From NCBI RefSeq assembly GCF_001194135.2, contig NC_069002.1, forward strand, positions 27,281,686 through 27,319,891: 38,206 nucleotides of DNA. The letters run 5' to 3'. The notes beneath the pieces were generated by a model that did no database searches, was not told the DNA's origin, and saw only the letters and a program-made list of their open reading frames with translations. Positions 23,574 to 35,417 of the stretch are shown here, one piece after another. Position 1 is the stretch's first letter. Each line of letters begins with the position of its first letter. This DNA comes from Octopus bimaculoides. Its lineage: Eukaryota. The position numbers and the translations under genes were made by a program.

Positions 23574-23890
23574 CAATGGTGTCCATTGTGGGCCACTTTA
23601 ATCACAGAAAGTTTATTGAGGGCCACTTGTATTCTGATGGAATTGAAAGCATTTTGCTTTCTCATGCTATTATTACAATAATGAACGAATGATAGTTGAT
23701 TCAACATGAAATATTATCATCGCAAAAACAGTCCCATCTTTCTTTTCTACTTTTCATTACAATCTTTAATTGTTGATAAAATTTATAAAATTTTGGTTTA
23801 AATAAACCCATTTCCAGAAAGTATCAAGTGGGCCACAAGATAGGTCTGTGGGCCACATGTGGCCCGCGGGCCTCAGGTTGACCAGCCCTG
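23574..23890. mobile_element. Probable hAT-type non-autonomous element
   Basis: Right end GGGCCACATGTGGCCCGCGGGCCTCAGGTTGACCAGCCCTG (CAGGG terminus with GGGCC subterminal motifs); left end degenerate. Confidence 0.45.
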
Positions 23891-24290
23891 GTTTATCCCA
23901 AAGATAAAACTAGCTTGTTAACATTGTTTACACACACACACACATGGGCGCACACGCAAGCACACACACACATGCAAAAAACACAAGTTAATGACTGCAA
24001 CATTGTTAGGTTTCATCTAAGAGCATTTCTTTAAATATTCATTAGTTATTACGTGCTTCTGATAAGGCAATGGGCATCTTAAAAATGAAGATTTATGCCT
24101 ATGAATACAATATCCAATAGACATCCGTATCCCCTACATGCATTAGCATACATTGACAAGCCTAGTTAGGCAAAATAGTGAAACTACATTCTGTAGATTT
24201 AAGATCTGCGTCATTAGAATTCAGAATAGTCTGTGACATGTAGTGATTTTTTTATTCACATGGTTTTGAATTAAACAGACATACAAGAAC

Positions 24291-24705
24291 AGGTGTGGCT
24301 GTGTGGTAAGAAACTTGCTTCCCAGCTGCATAGTTCTGGGTTCACTCTCACTGCGTGGCACCTTGGCCAAGTGTCTTCGCCTATAGCCTCGAGACGACCA
24401 AAGCTCTTGTAAGTGGATTTGGTAGACGGAAACTGAAAGAAGCCTGTCGTATATATGTAACTATCTATGTGTGCATTTGTGTCTGTGTTTGTCCCCCCAC
24501 CACCACCATCACTACCCACCACTGCTTGGCAACCAGTGTTGGTGTGTTTGTGTCTGCAAAACTTAGCAGTTCAGCAAAGGGGAGTGATCGAATAAGTACC
24601 AAGCTTTGGAAAACAATGGTAATGGAGACAATTCATTCAACAAAAATTCTTCATGGTGGTGCTCCAGCATGGCCGCTGTCTAATGACTGAAACAAGTAAA
24701 AGACC
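24291..24705 (+). mobile_element. Full-length composite tRNA SINE (family B)
   Basis: GGTGTGGCTGTGTGGTAAGAA...GGGTTCACTCTCAC head through GGTGGTGCTCCAGCATGGCCGCTGTCTAATGACTGAAACAAGTAAAAG tail. Confidence 0.85.
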
Positions 24706-25856
24706 AAAGGTATCTTGTAACTTTGAGATTCCAAGGGCATGATTGTTTACTTTTAGAATGACATTGTAGGGTGGGTGTGAGATGCCAGATCTGGCTGGTT
24801 TTAACATGAAACAAGTAGAATATATGGGGTGGATTTGGTCAGTTTAAATGCTAAAGGGTTAAGCTGCATCATTAAAGTTAGCTAATTATTCTGTAATTAA
24901 GAAATATGCTAATGTGTTGTCTTCAATCGTTATCAAAAGCAACGATGTTTACAATATGTGATAAATGTTGAACTTTGTTGATGTAAACTTATTATGAACA
25001 TCCAGTTGCTTGATTAATTGGACAAAATTCCGACTGAATTACCTTTCTAACTGGCTGGGTATTCCACAGACATGTGTACCCCTAATGTTATTCTCAGGCA
25101 GAATCAGCATGACACAAGGCTAGGAATTTGAATTACAGGAATGGTTCGTTAGAAAGGCTTCTACACAGTTTCCACCACCACCACCACCACCATCATTTAA
25201 CAACTGTTCTCCATGCTGGCGTGGATTGGATTGTTTGATACAAATTGGCAAAATGAAGGACTGCACAAAGCTTTATTGTCTGTTTTGGTAAAGGCTCTAC
25301 AGCAGGATGCCCTTCCTAGTGCCAACCACTTTACAGAAAGTAATAAGTGCTTTTTCCATTCATGACACCAGCACCAGTGAGGTCACCAAATGACCTGCAA
25401 GATAACACAAAGTTCCCTCAACTGTGGGGGAAGTAGAAATGAGGGGGGTGGCTTTGTGTCAGTTGACGAGAGATTAAAAGAATACTAGAGAGACAGAGGT
25501 GGGTGTCTTTAGGTCGAAGAGATACAAGGAAACCCCACTTGGAGAAGAAGGGAGAGAAAGATAGAGATGGGAAAGGTGGGAGAGATTTGGGGTGGGTATG
25601 TGACAGGGTATACCTTCAAGTTAGGATGATGGGGTGAATACAGGTGAAGTGATACAAAAGATTGGATTGGGGGCAGAAGACAAAGACAGAGGGGTGAATT
25701 TCATAAGAATATGAAGGGAGATGGTTAGAAGGGACAGTTAGTGAAGGTGAGAGATATAGGAGGGCTCAGTGGAAGGTTACGTTAGGTATATGAGGGCATG
25801 CAGAGGGATAGGGGATGAAAGAGGGGTTAAGGATGGAGTATGGCAGAGAAAAAGGA

Positions 25857-26060
25857 GCATGGCTGGAGGAAGATAAAGAGGAATGGAAGGGGTTCTAAGG
25901 ATAGCGTTTAGCAGAGGGGAGAGAATATGGCTTGAGGAAGATAATGAAGAATGGAAATGGTTCTAAGGATGGCATTTAGCAGAGGGAAGACAGCATGGCT
26001 GGAAGAAAATAATGGAGAATGGAAGCAGTTCTAAGGATGGAGTCTAGCATGGCTGGAGAA
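25857..26060. repeat. 68-bp purine-rich minisatellite, about 3 copies
   Basis: ATGGCT(G/T)GA anchors at 25859, 25927, 25995 and 26049; shared GTTCTAAGGAT motif. Confidence 0.8.
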
Positions 26061-26260
26061 ATCACAAATTCACACACAGGGATTAATATCCCAAGATGCT
26101 ACGCATGAGGAACAAACCCAGGAACTTGTGGTAGCAAAGCAAGCTTCTGAACCATTCAACCATGCCTCTGTTGGCATCAAACAAATACAACTGTGTTGTT
26201 GTGATGCATATAAAAGAGTAGACATGAAAAGAGAAAAAAGTTTTAAAAATGACTACCTAC

Positions 26261-26351
26261 AAAATGCAAAGAGTCCCAGAGCAGAGTATAAAGCCAGTTG
26301 TGATGAAGCGAGGGAAAGAATCAGGAGAGATGGAATGAGTACAGCAATTCC
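26261..26351 (-). CDS. MFSD10: MFSD10-like exon (91 nt), transmembrane segment
   Basis: ttttctctttatttcag|GGA ATT GCT...TTT GCA TTT T|gtaggt = GIAVLIPSLLILSLASSQLALYSALGLFAF; cf. human ALLLLVPAFLLIGWGRSLPVLGLGLLLYSF. Phase 0 to 1. Confidence 0.88.
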
Positions 26352-26426
26352 CTGAAATAAAGAGAAAACAACCAAGAATATATCATTGAAACAAACAAAC
26401 AAAAAAAAAACAAAAAAAACGTTTAA

Positions 26427-26850
26427 CCCTTTAGCATTTAGATTACTCTGTCAAATGTAATCCTTATTTATTCACATTGTTTTGAATTAATCATGGATTA
26501 TCTTGTAGCTGTGAGATGATGATGCAAATGTTTATTTTTGGAATGACAATGTTGGGTGGGCATGAGTGGCCAGATCTGGCCAGTTTGATCATAAAACCGG
26601 TGGAGTATCTGAGATGGATAAGGCTGGTTTAACCCTTTAGCGTTCAGATTATTGTCAAATCTAATTCTTATTTATTCACAAGGTTTTGAATTAATCGTGT
26701 ACTAACTTGTACCTTTGAGATTTTGATGCTGTTATTGTCTATTTATAGAATGGCATTGTAAGGTTGATGTGAAAGGTTAGATCAGGCCAGTCTGAACATA
26801 AAACAGGTAGAATATTTTGGTTGGGTGGGGTCGGCTTACATGCTAAAGTG
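26427..26850. mobile_element. Two tandem piggyBac-like MITEs (CCCTTTAGCATT family) sharing a TTAA
   Basis: TTAA|CCCTTTAGCATTT at 26427 and TTAA|CCCTTTAGCGTT at 26633. Confidence 0.75.
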
Positions 26851-27754
26851 CTAACAGAAACCTAAAGCGCATAACGAAATATTTCATAAAATATATAATG
26901 TTTTTATTTGCTTGGTTTAAAGGAAAGGGAACATGAGGAGGTTGACCAGTGACACAGATGTCATTAAGGTTCTTCATGAACCCTTGTAAGTCAATATTTG
27001 CAGGGAATTCTAGAGGAATGACATTCTGGGAAGGCAGGTCTATGCATAATGATTAGTGTGGGGCCAGGTGGGAGGGGATACACATGAACACAGATGCACA
27101 CACACATATACAAAAACACAAACAAGAGAGATGAAAGGAGAAGATACAAGTGGGGCAGGAATGTTTGAATAGATAGGACAAGTCCAGCCAGCTGTAATGA
27201 AGAGACTCCCTTTATAGTAGCAGTAGAAAAGAGAATGAGTGGATACAGCATGCTTGTGGGCCAGAGGCTGTAATATGTCTGGGATGGACTATGTCGGTCA
27301 GTAAGATGGCTGTTTTCTGCATGTTTGTGTGTAAAGTAGCAGCAGTGTCCTGGATGTAACAGAAGGGTTTAACTGAGCTTTGTAGAACAACAATAATTGT
27401 TAGGGATCTGAAGTATATTCTAGCCCTGAAGAGAAAGGTTACACTTTGGAGAAAATCAGAAAATTCTAACAATACCACAAAAGTTAGCTAAAATTTCCTA
27501 AATTATTAACAATGACACTCCAGCATGGCCACAGTCAAAAGCATTAAGAAATATTTCTTAGTTAAGCTTTTTTAATAAGTGGCTGGATTATTTTTCCTGT
27601 TTTTTTACTTAATTTTTGAGAGCAGTCAGGTTCATTTTTAGTATTCTTGTTTGCGAGAGCAGTCAAGTTTATTTCAGATATTCTCATTTTAAAAATCTCC
27701 CTGGATATTGGGGTTGCCTTGGGGGAGGTTTGTGCTCTCTGAATGCTCTTCTTC

Positions 27755-28575
27755 TGAGCTGGCAGAAACATTAGCACGTCAGGCAAAATTCTTAGTGGCA
27801 TTCCATCTGTCTTTATGTTCTGAGTTCAAATTCAGCCAAGATCAACTTTGCATTTCATCTTTTCAGTGTCAATAAAACAAGTACCAGTGAAACACTGGGG
27901 TCAATGTAACCAATTTATCCCCTCCCCACAAAATTTCAGGCCTTGTGCCTTTAGTAGAAAGGATTATTATTATTATTATTTTTGAAGATTGACATAACTC
28001 TTCGCAAAGGTCAGTAAACAATAAACAGAGTGTGATGCGATTTGTAATAATTAGAGATTGAGCTGACCAAGCTGAATAATATCTCAAGAGATTGTCTGTC
28101 TTCCTTGGGTTCAAAACATGAAGAAACAGAGAAATTGAAAATATGAACAAGAATTATTATTATTATTATTAAGTAAGAAGCCAGTACAATCGTTAGCACA
28201 CCGAGCAAAATGCATAGCAGCATTTTGTCCACCTGAGTTCAAATCCTGCCAAGGTTGATGCTATCTTTCATTCTTATAGAATAAGCACAGTTGAGTGCTG
28301 GGGTCAACATAATTGACTTACTTCTTACCCAAATTTGCTGGCCTTGTATCAAAATTTGAAACCAATAAGTATTGCTTCGTTAAGGTTTGTTGACTGGCAT
28401 TATTGACAATTTTCGTCTGTTTTCACGTTCTTAGTTCATATGCCGCCAAGGTCAACTTTGCCTTTCATCTATTCGGGGTCAATAAATTAAGTACCAGTTA
28501 TGCACTGGGGTCGATGTAATCGACTCATCTCCCTCCCCTAAAATTTCAGCCCTTGTGCCTATAGTAGAAAGGATT
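27755..28575 (+). mobile_element. Three family A SINEs in the same orientation, with (ATT)n tails
   Basis: Bodies at about 27755-27965, 28175-28345 and 28380-28575. Confidence 0.7.
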
Positions 28576-28794
28576 ATTGACAATTTCCAAGATAACATTG
28601 TAAAGTATACAACCATAATACTTTACATGAAAACCCAAAGACACACCTGCAGTAATACAGGTAAAACTGTGAGAGGAAGACAAAGGTTAAATGAAGGTGA
28701 AACAAATCTATGGACTTTGATTTTACTAATTAAACTTCCAGGTATATGACTCCCTACGTTTTCACAAGCTGTCTAAGCAGCTAAGAATGTCTTA

Positions 28795-29179
28795 ATTAGG
28801 TACTCGTAGTCTTCTTCCTGCAGCTTCTCACATAGCAAATTCTCCCTGTGTTTGACGAGCAAGTTCTGCTACAATATCTGCAAGAAAGGAAGGTGCTGCA
28901 GAGTAGGGGTGGGTTGTCTTTCTTTCTTCAGCATTTTGCTTTGAGGGTCAGGATGATTTCTCCCTTGAGCTGTTTGACTCCCTTGTTCAATGAGGTGCCC
29001 CATCCTTTCCTATCTTCAGCTACCTTTTCCCAAGTCATTGCATCGATGTTGCATTTGGTCAGGCTGCACTTACATGTATCTTTAAAACTCAGCTATGGTC
29101 GTGCTCTGGGTGTGCTACCCTGAGCCAATTCCCCATATAACAACTGCTTGGGAATTCTGTTGTCACCCATCTTCCATGT
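28795..29179 (-). mobile_element. RTE/BovB-like LINE 3' ORF fragment, degenerate
   Basis: MGDNRIPKQLLYGELAQGSTPRARP*LSFKDTCKCSLTKCNIDAMTWEKVAEDRKGW...CRYCSRTCSS, a typical RTE C-terminus with a Cys motif. Confidence 0.85.
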
Positions 29180-29697
29180 AACGTAATACAAAATAGTATC
29201 TTCTATCACCACTTTGCTCTGTTAAGACTTTTTACACACCTTCAGGTTCTGAGTTCAATCCCCACAAAGGTCGACTTTGTCTTTTATTCCTTGAGGAAGT
29301 TATTAAAATATACAACAGATGAGTAATGGTGTCAATATTACCAAGCAGAGCCTTGCCTAGGGCCTTCAACATTTGATGGGGTCATGACATACAGTCTGCC
29401 TTGGACATCATTTTAGACCTGGCAAGAGAGAGAGGGGGTGGGGGATGTTGCAAGGAAGGAAGAAATAAGAATCTCCCCTCCCTAGTACAGGACTAGTTTT
29501 TTTTTATTTATCCGACCCCCTGAAAAGATGAAAACCAAAGTTTGACCTCGGCGAATTGTGAGTCAATTTGTTCGACCAAAAAACAAAAAAAAAAATCAAA
29601 AAAAAAAAACCAGTCCAATGACTGAAACAATTAAAAAAGTATATAATACTATAATTTGGGGGAACAAATTATTTTGTTTATGTAACTGTTTGAAAAA

Positions 29698-29905
29698 CCC
29701 ATTAATGCCCATGGTCCTTTTTTTGGGACCAGAAGAATAATCTATCAGATTTTTCCAATACCTGTATTTTTAGTCATCAAGACTGGAGTGTCTTTCAAAT
29801 ATTGTAATAATTTTTTTTTTTTATACATTTAGTATCAGACAAAATTGTATAAAAAAAAGATTTTTGGTAATAAATTAAATGAAAAAAAATTCGGGCACTA
29901 ATGGG
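29698..29905. mobile_element. piggyBac-like MITE (CCCATTA family)
   Basis: CCCATTAATGCCC ... GGGCACTAATGGG|TTAA. Confidence 0.6.
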
Positions 29906-30925
29906 TTAATTATTTTCGGTGGGATAATTTACAATGTAAAGTTATCTCCCCTTGCACACAAGCTCAAAGCCTGACATCTAATGGAAGTTACTTCCCTTAG
30001 TATAGTAAGACAACAAACGAACGCCGTCAGTAGGAGAGGTCACGAAGGGAAAGAAGGGAGATGAAATACTATAACTTAATAAATCAATAAGTTAAAAGCA
30101 ATTAATAACAACTACACCGTAACCATGGTGACTGAGATACACCGGGACGTTGACGTTATTTCCCTTGGAGTTATTTTAACCTTAAAGCAGAGCTGTTCCC
30201 GTAAACCAATGGTTAAAGACATTTTAACTGTGACTATCAAATATTTTATTCAGGTATAGTGTATCTCGGAGTACAACATCAAATGTGGGATCTTTTTTAA
30301 AACGGGGGCCACATTTTTCATTAACGAAACACTTTGAAACTTGGAACACTGGTAGAATGTGTCATATAAAACATCTTTTTCTCTTAGTCTTCTTAAAAAA
30401 AAAAGAAATCCATCAGTTATTCCATGTTAAAGATGTCGTATTTCTGTAATTTCAACCAATCACTGACGTCCATTCAGCCGATATACATTAAGTGCCGACT
30501 ACATAAACAAACGATTCTGAAACAGTTAACCCTAACCCTAACTTTAGGGTTAAAGCAAATTTAAAATGAAAAAAGCAAATAAAACGAAGGTATGGAGATT
30601 AAATACGCTTTACATCGCTTAATCAGCCAAAGGAGTAAATATAAACAACTGAATACNNNNNNNNNNNNNNNNNNNNNNNNNNNNNNNNNNNNNNNNNNNN
30701 NNNNNNNNNNNNNNNNNNNNNNNNNNNNNNNNNNNNNNNNNNNNNNNNNNNNNNNNNNNNNNNNNNNNNNNNNNNNNNNNNNNNNNNNNNNNNNNNNNNN
30801 NNNNNNNNNNNNNNNNNNNNNNNNNNNNNNNNNNNNNNNNNNNNNNNNNNNNNNNNNNNNNNNNNNNNNNNNTTGGCTGTTGTTTCTGAAACATTGAGTG
30901 ACTGAATAAAGATGAATTGCAAATA

Positions 30926-31797
30926 CGAGGGTGCATCAAAAAGTAATGCCATTTTCTTTATTTCATGTAAAGGTTTTGATAAAAATAAATGAAAATTTTC
31001 CCAGTTATAAATGATTATATTATTTACGGTCTGGAATATTTTGTTTCTTTACTTTTCAGGTTTTTAGACCGGAAAGGAAAATACAAAATGGCTGCCACCT
31101 TAGAGTTACGTCAAAAGCAAAGAGCAATGATTGAATTTCTTGTTGCTGAGGGGGAAACCCCTGTGAATATTCACCAACGATAACAAAATGTCTTTGAGGA
31201 CAATACTTTAGATTATAGCAATGTATGCAGGTGGGTTCGTCGTCTGAAAGATGAAAAGGTGGGAACTGTGAATGTAGCCGATAAACCCCTTTCTGGCCGT
31301 CCGTCCGCTTCTGTGAATAGCAAAAGCAGACGCTCTGATCAGAGAAGACAGGTACATAACTCTTGATGAGTTGGCAGAAAACCTTGAAGTGAGCCATGGA
31401 AGTGCTTACAACATTGTCGAATCACTTGGCTTTTCAAAAGTCTGTGCCCGTTGGGTACCGAGAGAGCTGACTACCGAACTTGACTGACAGGGTCAATGCC
31501 TGCATTGAACCTCTCGAACAAAGAGGGTTTGAGAGGCAAACATTATTCCAGTGACGAGGAAATGAAAACTGCAGTGAAGAAGTGGCTCAAAGAACAATCA
31601 ACAGAATTTTACGGGGCAGGGATACATACTCTCATTCGAAGGTGGAACATTGCTATTGAGAGAAACAGTGACTATGTTGAGAAGTAGGGATATGATCCAC
31701 AGAGGACCAGCTTCATTTTGATGTATGATACATGTTCCGGTGTCGGTAATTATACCTGTCCTAAACAAAATGGCATTACTTTTTTTACTCACCCTCG
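30926..31797 (+). mobile_element. Mariner transposon, internally deleted (872 bp)
   Basis: TA|CGAGGGTGCATCAAAAAGTAATGCCATTTT ... AAAATGGCATTACTTTTTTTACTCACCCTCG|TA; TIR resembles the Hsmar2-type CGAGGG terminus. Confidence 0.92.
31088..31687 (+). pseudogene. Mariner transposase pseudogene lacking the catalytic core
   Basis: MAATLELRQKQRAMIEFLVAEGETPVNIHQR*...SGRP...VCARWVPRELT joined to KEGLRGKHYSSDEEMKTAVKKWL...DYVEK*; has a stop codon and frameshifts. Confidence 0.9.
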
Positions 31798-32804
31798 TAC
31801 ATTAAGACTTGTGGGACAAAGTTGTGCTGAAAGAAAATAATTAGTCTTTAATCTTATCAATGTATAAGTGTAGGCACAGGCATGTAGGAGCGGTTAAGAA
31901 GTTCAACTCCGAACCATATGGTCCTGGGTTCAGTCCCACCGTGTGGCACCTTCGCCACAGTGTCTTCTAAAGTCCCGGGTCAACCAAAACCATGTGAGTT
32001 AAAGAAGCTCAGCGTGTGTGTGTATATACATATGTATGTATAATTGTGTGTGTGTGTGTATATAAATACGTGTGTATAATGTGAGTGTATATATACGCAC
32101 GTATGTGTGTGTGTGTGTGCATATAAATACGTGTGTGTGCATATAAAATACGTGTGAGTGTACATATACACACATGTATGTATAATGTGTGCCTGTATAT
32201 ACACACATGTATGTATAATATGTGTGCGTGTATATAAATGTGTGTGTATACACACATATATAAACGTGTTGTGCGTTTGTGTACCCTTGTTTTGCGATTA
32301 CGAGAAAGTTGTAAACAAAGCGGCACTGTCATGCAAGCAGAGTCCCTAGTCTCCAATTGTCTACGAAAAAAAAAAAAAAAAAAAAACTTGTCTAGCAATA
32401 GGGAAATATCACCTTGGAAACAGGTGAGTGTTGACGACAAGAAGAGCATCCAGTTGTAGAAAACTGACCTCAACAAATTCCACTTGACTCATGCAAGCAC
32501 GGAAAAGTGGAAGCTAAATGATGGTGATGATGATGATGACGATAATGATGATGCTGATGATAGCAGAGGTGGCGATGATGACGATAGTGGTGATGACAAT
32601 GACAATGATGACATGGTTAGGCCCAGTAAACGTGAGGTGAACTACTGACCATAATACATTTATTTGAAATTTTTTCAAGTTATTGTGTTGTTGTTTTTTG
32701 GTTTGTTTTGTTTGTTTGTTGTTGTTTATTCCCAGATGGTTTGTTTGTTGCTGTTGTTGTTGTTGGTCCATTTGAGAACTCAGCAACCCACCTCTTCTGC
32801 AAAC

Positions 32805-33200
32805 ACTATGCTCTTGTTTCAGTCATTGGACAGCGGCCAAGCTGGGGCACCACCTTAAAGGATTTAATTGAACAAACTGACCCTATCACTTACTTTATAA
32901 GTTTGGTACTTTTTCTATTGGTCTCTTATGCCAAACCGCTACGTTGCAGGGACGTAAACACACCAGTACCAGCTGTTAAGAAGTGATGGAAGACAAACAC
33001 AAAAACACACATACACATATATATGGCGAGCTTCTACACAGTTTCCGTCTACCAAATTCACTCACAAGTCATTGATTAGCCCAAAACTACATTAGATGAC
33101 ACTTGCTCAAGTATCTTCGAGTGTAGTGCTCCGCAGAGGAATTGAACCCAAAGCCACTTGATTACAAAGCAAGCTTTTTAACCACAGTCATGCCTGCACC
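32805..33200 (-). mobile_element. Composite SINE family B
   Basis: Same tail and head motifs as 12643-13025. Confidence 0.75.
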
Positions 33201-33689
33201 TAGAAACATTTTTTTCTTCTCTCTTTGATTCGTTAGAAGGAAGAAGAACAGCTCATGACCTTTGCTGGTCATCCAAGGCCAATGTCTCATAACTATTGTA
33301 GGTGAACACTTGCAGGATAGAGGAAATACATGAGCAAGGATTCCAGAGGGAGTCAATGCTCTGGGGAAGAAGGATTGTGCATAATGGATGGTTAGTGCAG
33401 CACAGGCAGCGTTGGACACAACAGGTGGGTGGAATAGATCAGGAAGATCTGAATAGAGAAAATTGTATGGCATTAGCTAATTCTGAGAAACAGAAGCCAT
33501 GACAATAATGATAGAAATGAGAGAGAGAGGGGAGACAGCATCCCTGTGAACTGAAGGATGGCATGCGTCCGTTTGTGATATAATTGGATGGTTAACTGTA
33601 GGAAGAATATCTAAGTGGAAAACTAATTATCAATAAACTATTCCAATCATCTTAATAAGGAAATTTGAATGTAATACGCAAACACTTAC

Positions 33690-33742
33690 AATACACGCCA
33701 CCTTCTTTTCTTTCCCAAAAGGGACTCGTCTTGTGTAGCTAC
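33690..33742 (-). CDS. MFSD10: MFSD10-like exon (53 nt)
   Basis: tcttctaattccag|GT AGC TAC ACA AGA CGA GTC CCT TTT GGG AAA GAA AAG AAG GTG GCG TGT ATT|gtaagt = (G)SYTRRVPFGKEKKVACI; cf. human GAYARRIHPGGEVAAVKR. Phase 1 to 0, compatible with both neighbouring exons. Confidence 0.88.
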
Positions 33743-34629
33743 CTGGAATTAGAAGATATATCGCAGATGAAAGGACACACAGACAGACAAACATATATAT
33801 ATTTAAACATCAGCAAGAAGAACAGAGTGAACAACTTGTTTTATTGCATAACTCTACAATTGTTTCATCATGTTTCACCAGAAGTCTATAGCCAGATTTT
33901 CAAATGTATCATTAGAGCAATCCATTGTTATTGGATGATAGTTTCTAATAGCTGCTACTTGTGGACAGGCTTTATAAAGTGAACTCCGGTCCACTCTTTA
34001 TCATTTTGCTCACTCAAGGCCCTAATTATCCACAAATTTTGCAGATGCCGCCAATACGCGAAGTTCTCAGTATTATCATTAAAGGCATGAAACTGAGTAT
34101 TACCATTCTGTTGATAACTGATGAAAAATTAGGGCCTTCAGTGTCTGTCCTACTTGTACATTTTTTTAGCTATCATTTATTTAATGCATTTTTCATTTAT
34201 TGGGTAACTGACTTTTGTTAGCAGTAAGTTTTTCATATAAATTTACATATTTATATATATAACATGCTTCTTTCAGTTTCCATTTACCAAATTCTCTCAC
34301 AAGTCAGCCAAGAGGCTATAGTAGAAAACATGTACCCAAGGTACCATGCAGTGTGACTGAACTTGGAACAACATGGGTTGGGAAGTAAACTCCTTAACCA
34401 CACAGCCATATCTGTTCTGGCAAGTATATATATACATATATATACTTTGAGGAACAACATTTGTAGTTTACTCCAGGAGTATGTACCTTGTATGATATAC
34501 AGATATGTTAAAACAGACACCAGAGAGACAAGTGTTTGGCAAGACTTGTGAACTTGCTGTGGGAGGTGGAAAATCAAATGTTTTGGACAAAGTCATTCTT
34601 CAGGAAAAAGTTAACAGCAACAAAATTAA

Positions 34630-35058
34630 CCCTTTTGCATTTAAACCAGCCAAATCTGGCCTAAATATTCCACCTGTTTTATGTTGAAACTGGCCAGACT
34701 CAGCCTCTCATGCCTACCCTTCAATGCCATTCTAAAAGTGGAAATTCACATCATTGAAATCTCAAAGCTGTGAGATAATCCATGATTAATTCAAAACAAT
34801 GTGAATAAATAAGGATTACATTTCACAGAGTAATCTGAATGCTAAGGGTTAAACCAGCTATATCTGAGCCAAATATTCTACCAGCTTTATGTTCAATCAG
34901 ACTAGATCCTGCCTCTCACACCCATCCTATAATGTCATTCTAAAGACACACACTCCCATCGAAATCTTGAAGCTATAAGATAATGTAATAACAATATAAA
35001 ACAACATGAATAAATAAGCATCACATTTGACAGAGTAATTTGATTGCTAAAGAATTAA
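34630..35058. mobile_element. piggyBac-like MITE (34630-34848) plus an adjacent partial copy
   Basis: TTAA|CCCTTTTGCATT...AATGCTAAGGG|TTAA; opposite orientation to the 8384 copy. Confidence 0.75.
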
Positions 35059-35301
35059 AGAGAAACAACAGAGATTTACATCCTTAAAATTAAAATAATT
35101 TGCATCCAGGTTCCCTAATTTAGGGGTTGTAAAACTTTGCAGCCTCTTATTAGTTTCTCTCCTTTCAACTTTTCCACTGAACAAGGATTCTGCCCAAAAC
35201 ACAAGATTTTCCTCTCAGTATGACAAGTTCAAAGTTCTTTCTGTCAATTTTATTACACACGAGTAAATACATTTGTAGTTTAGTCCAGGATAACAACTCA
35301 C

Positions 35302-35357
35302 CTTGTATTAAAGCCATGATACAACCAATGTAAATAAACATAATGCCTTTCTGTAAG
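35302..35357 (-). CDS. MFSD10: MFSD10-like MFS transporter, internal exon (56 nt; first exon visible in window)
   Basis: Minus strand: tttcattttacag|C TTA CAG AAA GGC ATT ATG TTT ATT TAC ATT GGT TGT ATC ATG GCT TTA ATA CAA G|gtgagt = LQKGIMFIYIGCIMALIQG. Matches recalled human MFSD10 LQQGKMFFLIGLTMATIQG. Phase 2 to phase 1. Confidence 0.88.
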
Positions 35358-35417
35358 CTGTAAAATGAAAGTTAAGTTCGTTAGTTTAAAATCAGGTGAT
35401 GGAATTCACAACAACAT

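Noticed and set aside
33965-34115. Minus-strand exon-like ORF (NGNTQFHAFNDNTENFAYWRHL...) and a frame containing RIGGICK
   Set aside because: No recognisable family, weak donor, and it does not fit the MFSD10 exon order or phases.
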